The notes beneath the pieces were generated by a model. It was not told the origin of the DNA, searched no databases, and saw only the letters and a list, made by a program, of their open reading frames with translations. 64,000 nucleotides of DNA from Diplonema japonicum (taxonomy: Eukaryota > Protista > Euglenozoa: Diplonemea): the NCBI GenBank assembly GCA_964019335.1, contig OZ025715.1, positions 372,001-436,000 on the forward strand, in the 5' to 3' direction. Shown here one piece after another: positions 1 to 11,460 of this stretch; positions within the stretch are counted from its first letter, which is position 1; each line of letters begins with the position of its first letter. A program made the translations under genes and the position numbers.

Positions 1-180
1 GGTTGGAGGCTTGTCCTTCTCACCATCAGTATATGACCACATTGTCGCAAGGGTTGACCGCCACCATGTTATAATTTTTTTTTTTTTACTTATAAGTAGA
101 GACAAAGGGGGGCGTTCCAGAATTTGAAAAAAAAAAAAAAAAAAAAAAAAGAAACGTCCTTTTATCTCATCTCTCTCTCT

Positions 181-2135
181 TTTTTTTTCAACGCCCTGTT
201 GTCCATCATGGTGCGGGCAGTCGAGCAAGTCGCGCCAGACGCCGAAGTGCTAGCCTACGCTGACGACGCATACCTGCTGGCAAAGCTGCGTGGCTCACTA
301 CAAGCTGCGGTCAATGGGACATTGGAGTTCTGCGACCTGACGGGGATGGAAATCAACAAGGAGAAGACTGTTGGTTTCGGCACTGCTGAAGATTTCAAGT
401 CGAAAGTCATAGGAAACCGAACGGAGATGAGGAAAGGCTTGGAGGTCGCGGTACCCTACAAGACGGTGACAGACCTCTGCGGACTGGGGGTGAAGATCAA
501 CACACGCAGGACAGGAACGACGTGGAACAAACCGACCACGGGGGCGCTTGGCTCGCTGGACCGACTGGGGGGCACAAGGATTGCTTTCGAAACCAAAGCA
601 CACTTGGTCAGCACGACGGTCCTGCCATCTTGCCTATACAGTGGGCCGTTCTCCCCTCCATGTGATGAGGCACTCAAGAAGCTAACGACGAAGATCACTT
701 GTAACCTGTGGGGCCCTCATCACCGTGGACGGTCGCCCACCGCGGTAAACACAGTCCTGCTGAAGGGGCACACCAATGACCCCCTTTCCTACGTAATGTA
801 CCACTCCCTGAAGGTAGTATCCGGAGCACTCGATGACAGTCGGCTACGGCAGAGATGCATGCAGATCGCTGCGGGGTATGACGCGGGTTCCATCCCGATG
901 GGGCCGGTTGGCAACCTGGTCTGCCGGTGGCTTCCCCGAATAGGATGGAGTTGGGCGCAGCTACTAGGTTGCAACACATCTTGGGCCGAACGCGGACACA
1001 TCTTTAGAGAGGTGGTGAGGAAGGCCCGAAGTAGGACGCTGGCGGTCGAGAGGAGCACGATAAGCGGGATAGAGCCGGGGGCGGACCCCAAGACGAACCG
1101 ATTATGACCCGCTCATGTCCTACAGCCTGAGACGAGTGATCGCAGGAGGGGTTCCCTACCTAAACCCGCACGCAAATGCGAAGCGAAAGAGCGTCCCACT
1201 GGCGCCTGAAGGTGACGACAACGGTGACGACGAGGAGAACATGGGCCAGGCACCAACGACGGAGGTATCGCACACGCAAGGATTCAGATGCGACCTGTGC
1301 AAGTCTCCACACCCGGACACGGTGACCTTACTCCGCCATCAGCTGTATGAGTGCGCCTGTGCACAAGAGGAACTGGCACTAGACGGAATGGAGCCGTTGC
1401 GCAACAGATCAGGATGGCCCCTATGTCTGGAGCTGCACGCGATACTGCCGAGGGGGCATGTCTTCGCACACCTGGAGAAGCTGCAGCGATACATGGCTGT
1501 GGTGGTCGGGAAACGGGATGTGGAGCTCATGCAAATAGACAACGCCAGCACACAGCCGCTGCCGTGGGTACGCAATGTGGAGGGAAGGAGATGCCTCGTG
1601 CCAACGGCGGGGGAGCTCGAAGGAGTGGGAGGAATCGTCGCAGAATTCTTGAACCCGCTGCTGCAGTGGTTGTCACAGCTACGATGGGTGAAGGAGGACA
1701 CCAGCTCTGAAGTGTCAGCGGTGGAATTGGCCATCGACTTCGAATGGACGACTGGCAAGTTACTGGGGGTGCTGGAAGATAGGGCTCGCAAGATCAAAGC
1801 ACTGATAAGAAAGCTGAACGCGGCATGCAGGGCACGGAAGAAGCCACGCCCCTTCCCAGCAGATGAACAGAAGAGAGTGAAGTCCCTCATCGCAATAGGT
1901 GGGAAGACGGCTATGGGTTTCGCCAGGAGGCCCATCTTCGCCACCCACATCACTCACGACAAGCTGATGGAACTGAAAGCCGCTTACAAGCGAGACCGCA
2001 TCACACGACTCCGCAAGACGCTCAAGGCCTCGATTGGAACGAAAGCAATGCTCCAGAAGGGGAGTATAAATAGATAGCCCCCCCTAACCCACCCAAGGGC
2101 GGCCCTCCATGAGGGGGTTTGTCCTGCACTTTGAG
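181..2135 (+). mobile_element. 5'-truncated, frameshifted non-LTR retrotransposon (LINE-like): RT C-terminal half, CCHC zinc knuckle, C-terminal domain and 3' tail
   Basis: ORF 124-1107 has the RT segment FFNALLSIM...LAYADDAYLL...GMEINKEKT...GLGVKI. After a frameshift/short deletion at ~1105, ORF 1115-2077 has CDLC-x12-H-x4-C and WLSQLRW...VSAVELAIDFE. Homologous to the element at 5300-8567. The poly-K N-terminus of the ORF comes from a flanking A-run. Confidence 0.85.
2067..2135 (+). repeat. Repeat module A (LINE 3'-end hairpin), copy 1
   Basis: TAAATAGATAGCC...GGGCGGCCCTCCATGAGGGGGTTTGTCCTGCACTTTGAG followed by a T-run. Overlaps the stop codon of the element. Recurs at 4141-4209 and 45181-45244. 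Confidence 0.85.
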
Positions 2136-2180
2136 TTTTTTTTTTTTTTTGTCTTTCAAAGAAAAAAAAAGGGGGAAAAG

Positions 2181-2434
2181 AAAAATGATTTTATAACTAT
2201 GTGCAGATGTGCCGAGCAAAAAAAAAAAAAGATTCTTTCCTGTTTTAATCTTTTTGTTACTCGTGCGAACAATAAAGACATGTAGTGAAGAATTATTTTA
2301 TTTTTTGCACTTTTTTTTCACCGGGGGGGGGGGGGGGGGTTAATGTTTTTCTATGATCCGTTATTTATTTTATTTTTTATTACAAATATTTTATCTTTCA
2401 AAAATGATTTTATTACTATGTGCAACTTGTGCCG

Positions 2435-2471
<37 letters not shown>

Positions 2472-2556
2472 TTCGCAGCTTTTCTAAAAAACCTTTTTTT
2501 TTTTGCTCGCGAACAACAAAAGACATATAGTAATAAAGCATTATTTTTTTCTGCAT
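2181..2556 (+). repeat. Diverged tandem duplication (two units, ~2181-2310 and ~2401-2556)
   Basis: Both units read AAAATGATTTTAT.ACTATGTGCA...TGTGCCGAGC(A)n...CTCG..CGAACAA.AAAGACAT.TAGT...ATTATTTT...TGCA. Confidence 0.8.
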
Positions 2557-2597
2557 GAAGAAGAAAAAAAAAAAAAACCAATTATATTGACAGTGCT

Positions 2598-2683
2598 AAA
2601 AAAGAGTAGTGGTTGCATTGTTGGGCTTATCCTTCTACAGGTTATTCCTGGCTGTGCACAAAACAACAATCAACCTCTCTCTC
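2598..2683 (+). repeat. Repeat module B, copy 1
   Basis: AAAGAGTAGTGG.TGCATTGTTGGGCTTATCCTTCTACAGGTT...GGCTGTGCACAAA.CAAC.ATCAACC followed by a pyrimidine/T-run. Near-identical copy at 45424-45512; diverged copies at 4062-4118, 20897-20972, 44731-44846. Confidence 0.8.
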
Positions 2684-2723
2684 TTTTTTTTTTCTTTTTT
2701 TTTTTTTTTTTTTTTTTTTTTGT

Positions 2724-3040
2724 AGATGGCCCCTGTCTTGAGCTCCACGCAATTCTGCAACGATACTTGGCCGTGGTGGTAGAAAAGCGGGACGTGGAGC
2801 TCATGCAGAAAGAGGACGTCCGCACACTACCGCTACCCTGGGTTCGAAATGTAGCAGGAAAGAGATGCCCTGTTCCGATAGCAGGCGAGCTCGAAGGTGT
2901 AGGTGGGGTCGCGTCCCAGTACCGCTGCTTCAATTACAGTCATGGGTGGAGAAGGACACCACCTTGGAGGTGTCGGCGGCGGAGAGGCCCGCTGGAAGAT
3001 AGGGCACGGAAGAAGCGACGCCCCTTCCCAGCGGAACATT
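2724..3040 (+). pseudogene. Degenerate fragment of the C-terminal coding region of the same LINE family as 181-2135
   Basis: Translation PCLELHAILQRYLAVVVEKRDVELMQ...LPWVRNVAGKRCPVPIAGELEGVGG...LEDRARKKRRPFPAE aligns, with deletions, to 1415-1870. Confidence 0.85.
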
Positions 3041-3073
3041 TCTTTCTTTTTTAGGATAGGTGCAGGTAGAGCA

Positions 3074-3120
3074 TGAGAACAAAGGGGCGTCTCACAAAGA
3101 CTTCCTTTAACTCATATATT
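3074..3120 (+). repeat. Repeat module C (short hairpin motif), copy 1
   Basis: TGAGAACAAAGGGGCGTCTCACAAAGACTTCCTTTAACTCATAT. Related copies at 21230-21272, 49409-49457, 56938-56985. Confidence 0.75.
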
Positions 3121-3452
3121 TTTTTTTCGTAAAGATTTTATGGTGAACATCACACAAGCATAGGTAATTGACCGTAAAAGGCTTTAAAAAAAAAAGGGGG
3201 GGGGGGGGGGGGGGGCTGCTTGAAATAAAACACACCAGAAGCTTTCTTTTTCCTTCTTTTTTTGTTTGTCCGATTGCATCGATCTGGCTAGTCTTTGCTT
3301 AATACTGTAAGTTACGATCTGATTTTTCTACAATTTCACAGTTTTAACATTTTGGCTTTCTGAGGAGAATATATATAAAAATATATTTTCTTTTTGCCAA
3401 GTGACGCAGGGCGGGTAGGAGGCATCTTACTCCTCCGTAGCTTAGTTCAAAT

Positions 3453-3493
<41 letters not shown>

Positions 3494-4061
3494 CGTTTGC
3501 ATAAAAACAAAAAGGAACTACCTTAATTAAACACCGAATTCTTTTTTTCAAATGAATTTCTTTTTTTTATATCTTGATTTTCCAAAAGCTGTCTTATTGC
3601 TTACATACTGCGCCTCCAGAAAAAAGAAAAAAAAGAAGCGAATGAAAATTATTCACTTGATGCCAAAACCCATATTCCTCTTCAATACATCCCACCCTGC
3701 CTTCCAAACTTTTGTCAACTTGGAACTGCAAAAGCCAAGAACAGGGGGAAAGGAAGGTTCCGCTGTAGTTTTTCTTTTTTTGAGGTAGCTTGCCCATTTT
3801 ATCCCTGCAAACAGTTTGTCTCTCCGCACCTTCAGCAGTGAGCGAAAAAAAAAAAAAAAGACAATTTTCGAGAGTGTTCAAACTATTCTTTTTAGGTAGG
3901 TTACAGTGTATACTTTGTCCCCGTAACCCTCCCCCCCCCTTTTTTTTCTTTTTTTGTTTAATTGTTTTGACAGCAAAAAAAAAAAAAAAAAAAAAAAAGA
4001 TTGTAAATGAACTTTCAAAAAAAAAAAGTCAAGAAAAAGCAGCCTTTTCGTTTCGACTTTG

Positions 4062-4209
4062 ACCTTCTGCGGGATAACCCAGTTTTGCACAAACAACAAC
4101 CGCCAGCTCTCTCTCTCTTTTTTTTTTTTTCCAAGGGTACTAAATAGATAGCCCCTCCCCCACCCCACAGAGCGGCCCTCCATGAGGGGGTTTGTCCTGC
4201 ACTTTTGAG
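4062..4209 (+). repeat. Diverged module B followed by module A (copy 2)
   Basis: CCTTCTGCGGGATAACCCAGTTTTGCACAAACAACAACCGCCAGCTCTCTC(T)n, then TAAATAGATAGCCC...GCGGCCCTCCATGAGGGGGTTTGTCCTGCACTTTTGAG. Confidence 0.75.
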
Positions 4210-5299
4210 TTTTTTTTTTTTTTTTGGTCCAGGCTTCCCGCTGGCCCCCTCAGCCTCTCATAACGCAAGTAGTTTTTAACTAAAAGAAATGAGGAAAGAA
4301 AGAAGAAAAATAAAAAAGGGGAGAAGAATAAAAAAGGGGGGGGCGAGAAAAAAAGCTTTTTTTTTGAAGCATCCGCACCCTGGTTTTTTCCCCGTGTCTT
4401 CTTCTTTAATAAGTTCTTTAACTCTTTTTCCAATCATCAACAATTTCTTTTTTTTTTTTGTATTCTCTCCTATCTGAAGCCTTTGCTTGCTGGAGAACTA
4501 CCGGTTCTCCATCTTTCCCGAGCAGCAACGCACTTCCGCAATAAACTGCTGGCACCGATCCCTCCCCTGAATTTTCATGACAAAAAAAAAAGGAAAAAAA
4601 AAGAAGATAGCTAGCAACCCCCCCCCCCCCCCCCCCCCCGGGCTATGTTGGCAATGAAACGCATTTCCAAGCTTTTTTTTTGAAAATATGGAAACGGGAA
4701 CGGGGGCAAAAACGGAAACGTTTCCCTGTTTTTCGCCAACATTGCCTCCCCCCCTCCCCTCCCCATTCTTTTTTCGCAATATTTCCGACAGCAAACAACT
4801 CAAAAAAAAAAGGGGGGGAAAGAAGAAGAAAAAAAAAAAAAACTCTCTGAGGTGTGAGAAAGGATTTAATTGCTATATTCTCACGTTTCAAGGGTTTGCC
4901 ACAAATAGGGTGGAATTGTCATTGTTACCCTAGATTTTTTTTCCTCTTTCCTCCAGGGGGGGTGGGGGGGGCAGCAAGACCAAGGTCTTCCTAGGTCTCA
5001 GATGTCTGACGGCACCTCCCCTTAAACGAGTGAGCCATGCACTGCCCTTCTCACGGATTCTCCTTATGAGCAGCACAATAGAAATAGAGGGCAGAATTTT
5101 TGCCAGTAGCGCGGGTTTTTTTTTAAACCAATCCATCCCCCCCCCCCCCCCCCCCTTCATCTTCTGATTGCTCAACATTGAATAGGCAAAAAGAAAAGGT
5201 GATGCCAAAAGCCGAAACAAAATTTGAAGAAAGAAAAGTCCCCTATATGAAACTTCAAATACGTGCAAAAGAAAAAAAGAATTTGGTTTTTACTTTTTT

Positions 5300-8200
5300 G
5301 CGGCGGGACTACAGAAGGCGTGGGTCCACGACACGGTGTATACCAACGAACACAGATGCCTCTCCATCAAACTGTGTATCCCTACTCTCAAGAGCAAGAC
5401 ACGCAAGTACTTCATCCCGAAGGAACTGCCGGTGTCGACTGCTAGTGATGACCACGTGATTGAGCTGCTACAGGCGGAGAGATTCATCCAAAAACTTGAG
5501 GACATCGACGGCGCATACCGTGTGCTGGCTGACGTCTCGGAAAGACACTGCATCACAGGCGTGCCGATGGAGCAACAGAAGACTTTCCGAAGGAGGGGCG
5601 AGGAGCGCAAACCCAAGGAGAAATGCCTGTCGGCCAAGTCTGTAAAGGAAGCCACGGGCGCAGCGGTGGGTAGACAGAAGTCGATTGCCTGTTTGCAGAG
5701 GAAGCTTGCACACATCAGCGCGGAAATCCAGGTGATGATTGACAAGGGACAAGTGTGCAACATGCCAGTAGTTCTGTTGAAGACTTGGGCGAATGCTCTG
5801 AGTTTGCTGGAGAAACTGCCGAACCCTCCAGTATTTGATAGGAACTTGCTGAAGGATGACCTGGAGTCGATTGTCACCAGACTTCAACTGCTAGACGACA
5901 ACCTCTCCTCGCTACTACGCGAGATCGCAAAGGACACGAGAGTGGAGCGGGAGAAGAAGTACGAGGCGAGGATCAACACCCAGTTCCAGGAGGAGCGGAG
6001 GGGGATGACCGCCTTTGTGAAAAACACTTCTACGTCAGCGGCGCAGGCAGTGGAGAGCGGCGGAGTGCTGACCGCAGACCTCGACGAGATGGACAGGATG
6101 ATGCACGCGGAATGGGACGGCGTGCTCCAGATGTACGGTGAAGGGCATGAAGAACCATCGTACGAGGCTTTCAAGGCTAGATACGGGCCATACATCTCGA
6201 CGCATGACATGGTGCTCCAGCCACTGACAGGGGCTGATCTGAGAGCAGTTCTGGCCAAGAAATCGACGAGGACAGCACCGGGAGTTGATGGGTGGAGGAT
6301 GGCAGAACTTCGCGCTATGCCAAATGTATTGTTGGATGCGTGGGCGATGCTCTTCAACGCCATCGAGGTGACAGGGAAGTGGCCGAAGGCACTCCTGACG
6401 GCGTTGGTTACGCTGATCCCGAAGGGAGGCGAGAGGACTCCGCTCAACCACCGCCCCATCACAGTCACGAGTGCGGTCTACAGACTGTGGGCCTGTGCCA
6501 GGTTGCGTGATATATCGCCATGGCAAGAGAAATGGGCGGACGACTCGCAGCATGGTTTTCGACCACGTCACGGGACGGACAGCATCCTGATGGAGCTCAG
6601 CACGCAGCTGGAGACGGCGATGCTGACCAACACCCCTCTTAACGGCATAGCACTGGACTTCGTCAAGTGCTTCGACAGGGTGCCACAGAAAGTAGCGTTC
6701 GGGCTTATGCAAGACCTGGGTTTGCACCAGAGGATACTGACCCCGCTCAAAAAGCGATGTACGCAGGCCTCAAAAGACGTTTCCGCTTCCCTACTGGCGT
6801 GGGTTCCGAGTTCCACGTGACAAATGGAATTCTCCAAGGGTGTCCAATCCGTCATCCTGGTGAACGCTCTGGTGTCAGTGATGGTGAAGTGCGTGATTGC
6901 TGAGGTACCTGGCTCGCGATCGCTGTCGTACGCGGACGACGCGTACCTACTTGCGCGTTTGGTCGAGGTACTCAAGAGAGCGACCAACAAAACAATCGAG
7001 TTTTGCGAGCGGACAGGCATGCGCCTTAACGAAAACAAGTCACAAGCATTCTCGACGAAGGATGAGATCGGCCCTTGGTTGAAGTGCACAGGCTCATAGT
7101 TCAGAGTGACGAAGGGGATCAAGGCGCTTGGCGTGATCCTGAACATGAACGGGAAACATAGTTTGGACAAGCTACATTCCGCCGAAGGCCGTTTGTCCCG
7201 GCTTGGTGCATTGCCATTAAGCTTCGGGAACAAGGCGTCAATGCTGACGGGCACTGTGCTACCATCCTGTCTATACGGTACGACCTACGCTGCGCCGTCT
7301 GACAACCAGCTGAAGAAGCTCTGTACAGCGACGGTGACTTCCCTGTGGGGACCGCGCTTCAGGATGAGATCCCCGATGGCTGTGCTCAATGTGCTGTTAC
7401 CTGGACACACAGCATATCCACAAGCGAAGATTGTTTACAACACGGTGAACTGCCTGGTGCGAGAAAGCCTCACCTCCCCACAACTGTGGCAGCGAGTCAA
7501 TGAGATTGTTACACTGTACCGGGAGCGAGAGGACGACGAGGAGAGGGGGCCGCTAGGGGTCTTGCTGAAGAGGTGGCTACCCTTCCTGAACAAGGGGTGG
7601 TCCTTCATTGAAGGTTTGCGCGCTCTGGTGCCCAGTGCGAGACGCCATGAAGTAAGACAGGCGATCAGACCGGCTGTTGCAAAGGAATTGATCCACGGCA
7701 GGTAGTCTTTTGCTGGAATGGAAGCGGGTGCATGTCCGTCCACGAACGCCTGGTGGAGGAAGCTCCAGTCACGGAGACCGCTGATATCGTACAGACTGCG
7801 GCGGGATGACACGAAGTGACCTACCTGCAGTGACCGCCCTCCACGGGATCATTCCAAGGGGCGCAACGGGGGCTGCGAAGCAACAGGCGGCAGTCGTGCA
7901 ACGATACCTGTTGGATGTAGTGACAAGACGAGACGCCAGAGCGGCTGAACGGAGCACCAGAATCCTCACCACCAACCCGTGGGATGAGATCACAACGGGG
8001 AAGCAGCACACTGTGCCCACAGTGGAGCTGTTGAAATCGAACGGAGCGTCGGGAAAGGTCCTAATGTTCTACATGAAGAGCGTCCTCAGGTGGCTGAAAA
8101 GCCTAAGATGGTACGCAGGCAGGAAGTTGACGTCCGTCACGACGATGGAGCTCGCAGTAGACTATGAGCAGGCCACCCGGCAGTCCTTGGCTGGACCCCT

Positions 8201-8567
8201 CGACGACCAGGACTGGCTCACAGAGAAGGCTGGAAGGATGCGATACATCTTAGGACGTATTCAGAAATGCACAGCAAAGAGTGGGAAGAATGCTTTCCCC
8301 GCCAACGCAAAGACAAGGGTACACACCCTTCGACATCTTGGGGGCCCGACGACACACGGCTACGACAGGAGACCACTCTTCTCCTCGAGCCAAACCGCCC
8401 CCTACCTAGCACGACTCCAAGCAATGTTTCTCGCCCAGATGCCGTCCATCTCATCGCGACAAACAGCCACCGCAGGCACCAGACAGCAACCGCAGAACGG
8501 TGACCGATTAGTGTGAATTTCTCCCTGAACGGTGAGCACCCACCCGCACACCGAAATTTATCAAATT
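5300..8567 (+). mobile_element. Degenerate non-LTR retrotransposon (probably APE-type): end of endonuclease domain, linker, full RT and C-terminal domain
   Basis: RT motifs APGVDGW, WPKALL.ALVTLIPK, HRPITVTSAVYRLWA, QHGFRP, LDFVKCFDRVP, NGILQGCP, SYADD. Frameshifts at ~6750 and ~6850, in-frame TAG stops at 7097 and 7703, and a deletion at ~7805 that removes the CCHC knuckle. The N-terminal AWVHDTVYTNEHRCLSIKL resembles the SDHxP end of an APE endonuclease (weak). Confidence 0.92.
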
Positions 8568-9013
8568 TTTTTTTAAAAAGACTATTAATTTCCGGAGATA
8601 AAAGTAGGGTATTCTCCCTTGAGACAATTTGGGTTCCGGGGATTGTTTTTTTTTTTTTTTTTTTTTTTTTTTTTCCCGAAGGGAGACAATTTGTCAAAAA
8701 AAAGAAGAGAAACCCTCCCCCCCCCCCCCCCCCCCTACCTTCGTAGTCCTAAATTCTCAAAGAGCAGGGTGCTGACTCCAGAATCTTTGAGAATCAAAAC
8801 AAAAGAACGAAGGAAAACAAAAAGAAAAAAAAGAACCTCCGCCTCTCTCTTCCCTTTTTCTCGTATGCTATGTTACGTAAAGACCTTTTTTGTTTCACCA
8901 CCCACTCTTTTTAAAAAGTCGGTATTCTTTTTTTTTCTTTTTTGCTTTTTATAATTTAGATACAACTTACAGGGGAGGAGGGGAGGTGGGGGAGAAAAAG
9001 AAAAGACGCAACA

Positions 9014-11460
9014 ATGGAGTACATAGATTTGGATATGGAATACACCTTAATGCCTACCCCTATACATTCATCCCAGCCCCAGGTACAAGCCTTAGTGAAG
9101 CCCGAGCCTGTGAGAGAACCTGTCGACGTGCTCCCGGACCTAGCTCAATTATTGCAAGGAACCAGTACATCGCCACCGACAACAGCGGCCCCAGAACCTC
9201 CTGCAGCTGCACCTAAGGTTGCAACAGAGGTGAGGCAGCCGAGCCCTACAAAAGGGTACCCAATGTCGCCGAGGTTGGTATATTCCTTTTGCAAACCCAA
9301 TGAAATGTACTTGGGCCCCACAAGAATTGTCGTTCTTCCTCCCACGAATCCTACAGCAGACAGGCAGCTGAAGCGACAGGACCAATGGGGTGAATATCTA
9401 ATAAACTCTCCAGGTTCGGTGTTATGTCTGAACCGAAGGGCGGTGTCCCGGCCTGCCTTAGAAGATACGCTGAGCAAGTTGCGAGAGAGGGCTACGAGAA
9501 AGAACGGTGGGCCCCACCGTGTTGCCGTGCAGGACCCTTCTCTCAACGTGGTACCGTCGTCGCTTACAGCCGCGTGCCTCACGCTGACCTCGTGGATGCT
9601 TGCGTTGGTGAACGCTTCTTTCACTGTGCAGCAGGCGGCGTCTGACTTCCTTCTCTTATCCCTTCTCCGGCAGGAGGTAGTCATCGGTGTGTATACCACA
9701 CCTCCGCAGATCATCCTTCAGCTACGACGGAGAGCGTCTCTGTTCACAAACAGCCGGGAGGCCAAGGCCGCCGTTGGCATTGTAGACCGCATGGACCTCC
9801 TCTGGAGGCGGTGGAACGCACACGGCATGCAACGGCCTTGGAACATGTGCCACCAGTACATTGAGGCCACTGGGTACGGCAAGGAGCTGGGGTATCTAAA
9901 CAAGCTCGGCAATGAGGTATGCTAAAAAAGAAAATATGAAATAAAATGAACAAACAGAGCCTGATGAAGAGCATGTTTGTGTGCGGTGCGGGGAACATAC
10001 CTGATATCGACAACAACCCGCCAACGGAGGACGACGGGAGGATGACGCTGCAAAATGCGGAGAAGAAGCTTCGCGTGTCGCACAACACGTACCCGGGGTT
10101 CCTCGTGAAGGCGCCCCTCGAGTCCCTTTCGTGGGACAAGGAGTACAACATCTGCTTCCTGCCCCTTTCAAGCGTCTCCGACATCTCCGCCATGACAACC
10201 CGCACAATCTTCATACGGAACTGGGCAGCCCCCTTCATGAACGTACCCACATGGTTTGCCACTCTCGACATCAAGCCTACCGTGCCTCACCGTTCTCCAC
10301 CCAAACCTCACAAAGAGACCAGAGTATCAAGAGACAAGCGGGGCGACAGGGAACGGGACACTAACAAGAGGGAAAGAGGCGACCGCGTGAAGGAAGCCGA
10401 GGAAAGGGAGCGAGGGCAGAGACAAGTGAAGCGAAGCGCGACTCCAACAAAGCCAGCAAAGAAGGCAAAGGTAGAACAGCGTGCCTGGGCTCTGGAAGAG
10501 CCTGTGAGACAAACAGGGGGGAAGCGGTACTTCGCCCGGTTGGTGTCCACTGCATCGCAATGCGCGCTTGTGCTCGGTCTGGATGTGATTAACTTCAGCA
10601 GACCCCGCGTGACAAACCCCACCACCGCGCAATCAATGGACATGGGCCGTGTGGTCGCCTTGCACGACAACGGGGACCGCACGAGCCCCGTGGTCACTCT
10701 TAAGATGTGGTCACGCCACTCAGCTGACGACTTCGAGGTAATCGAGACAGATATCCTGCAAGAGTTCGAGCCCGATAAACTGCTGACAGCCACACTGCAT
10801 GTGAGGTCCACTGCCGATGTGACCTTGAAACCTGTTGGGCAGATGAAGGATAGGACTGATATATGGAAGCTGCTGAAATGCGAGAAGGGTAAGGAATGGT
10901 TCGGGGGAACAAAGGCAGCTGAAGATAAGCCGCTGGAGCTGAGGATGTTGTGTTGGAGGAGGGCGGTGAAGAGTGGAGTCGAACCCATTAAGGGTGCTGT
11001 GGAACCGGAACCCAGTCAGAGTAGCAGCGAAAGCAGCAGCAGCAGCAGCAGCGAAAGCGTCGGAGGCGATGTGTTGGAGTTGTCCTTTGCACCTACTAGG
11101 TCACCTGCTGTTTCGGCTGTTTCTCGGGCCTCTGTGCCCACACCACCACCATCGAGAACCCGCAGCTTGAACCTGAGGAGAACACCCCCACCAGGCGTCA
11201 AGGCGGAACCCAAGGCAGAACCGAAGATGGAATCTGTACCGCAGGCTGCCTTTGACGTGTCTGCCATCATAGCTCAGTCCAACGCCCAGCCTATGGTCGC
11301 CACCCCTCCCCCCGCACAGCGCCCCGTGCGCGCTTCTATCCCACTTGCAACGCCCTCCCTGCAGACCCCCAAAGCGCAGAACACCTCATCATGTACCCCT
11401 TCGCCTACCCCGCCCACCCGTCGCCTCAAGCTAGTGCGGCCAACTAAAACGCCTACATAA
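9014..11460 (+). CDS. Hypothetical protein, ~800 aa, 2 exons (9014-9916, 9958-11460), Pro/Ser-rich termini
   Basis: The 303-aa and 504-aa ORFs are joined in frame by a 41-nt GTATG...AAACAG intron (9917-9957). No domain recognised. Confidence 0.7.

Noticed and set aside
3430-3455. TCCTCCGTAGCTTAGTTCAAATAG followed by a T-run, resembling a tRNA 5' end or Pol III box
   Set aside because: No anticodon arm, T arm or complementary acceptor strand; too short to call a tRNA.
2343-5270. Many short ORFs rich in poly-Lys, Phe, Gly or Pro here and in other intergenic regions (e.g. 20620-21160, 30138-32712, 44705-46202, 49917-50457)
   Set aside because: Translations of homopolymer tracts, not protein-like.
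7097-7705. In-frame TAG codons in LINE 2 as possible stop-codon reassignment or readthrough
   Set aside because: The element also has frameshifts and a deletion, and intact host genes end in TAG, TAA or TGA with no internal stops. Simple decay explains it.
9946-9957. Independent start for the 504-aa ORF; similarly the separately listed ORFs 17211-17630, 24301-24783, 29022-30089, 38215-38796 and 43454-44164
   Set aside because: Better explained as downstream exons joined by in-frame GT-AG introns.
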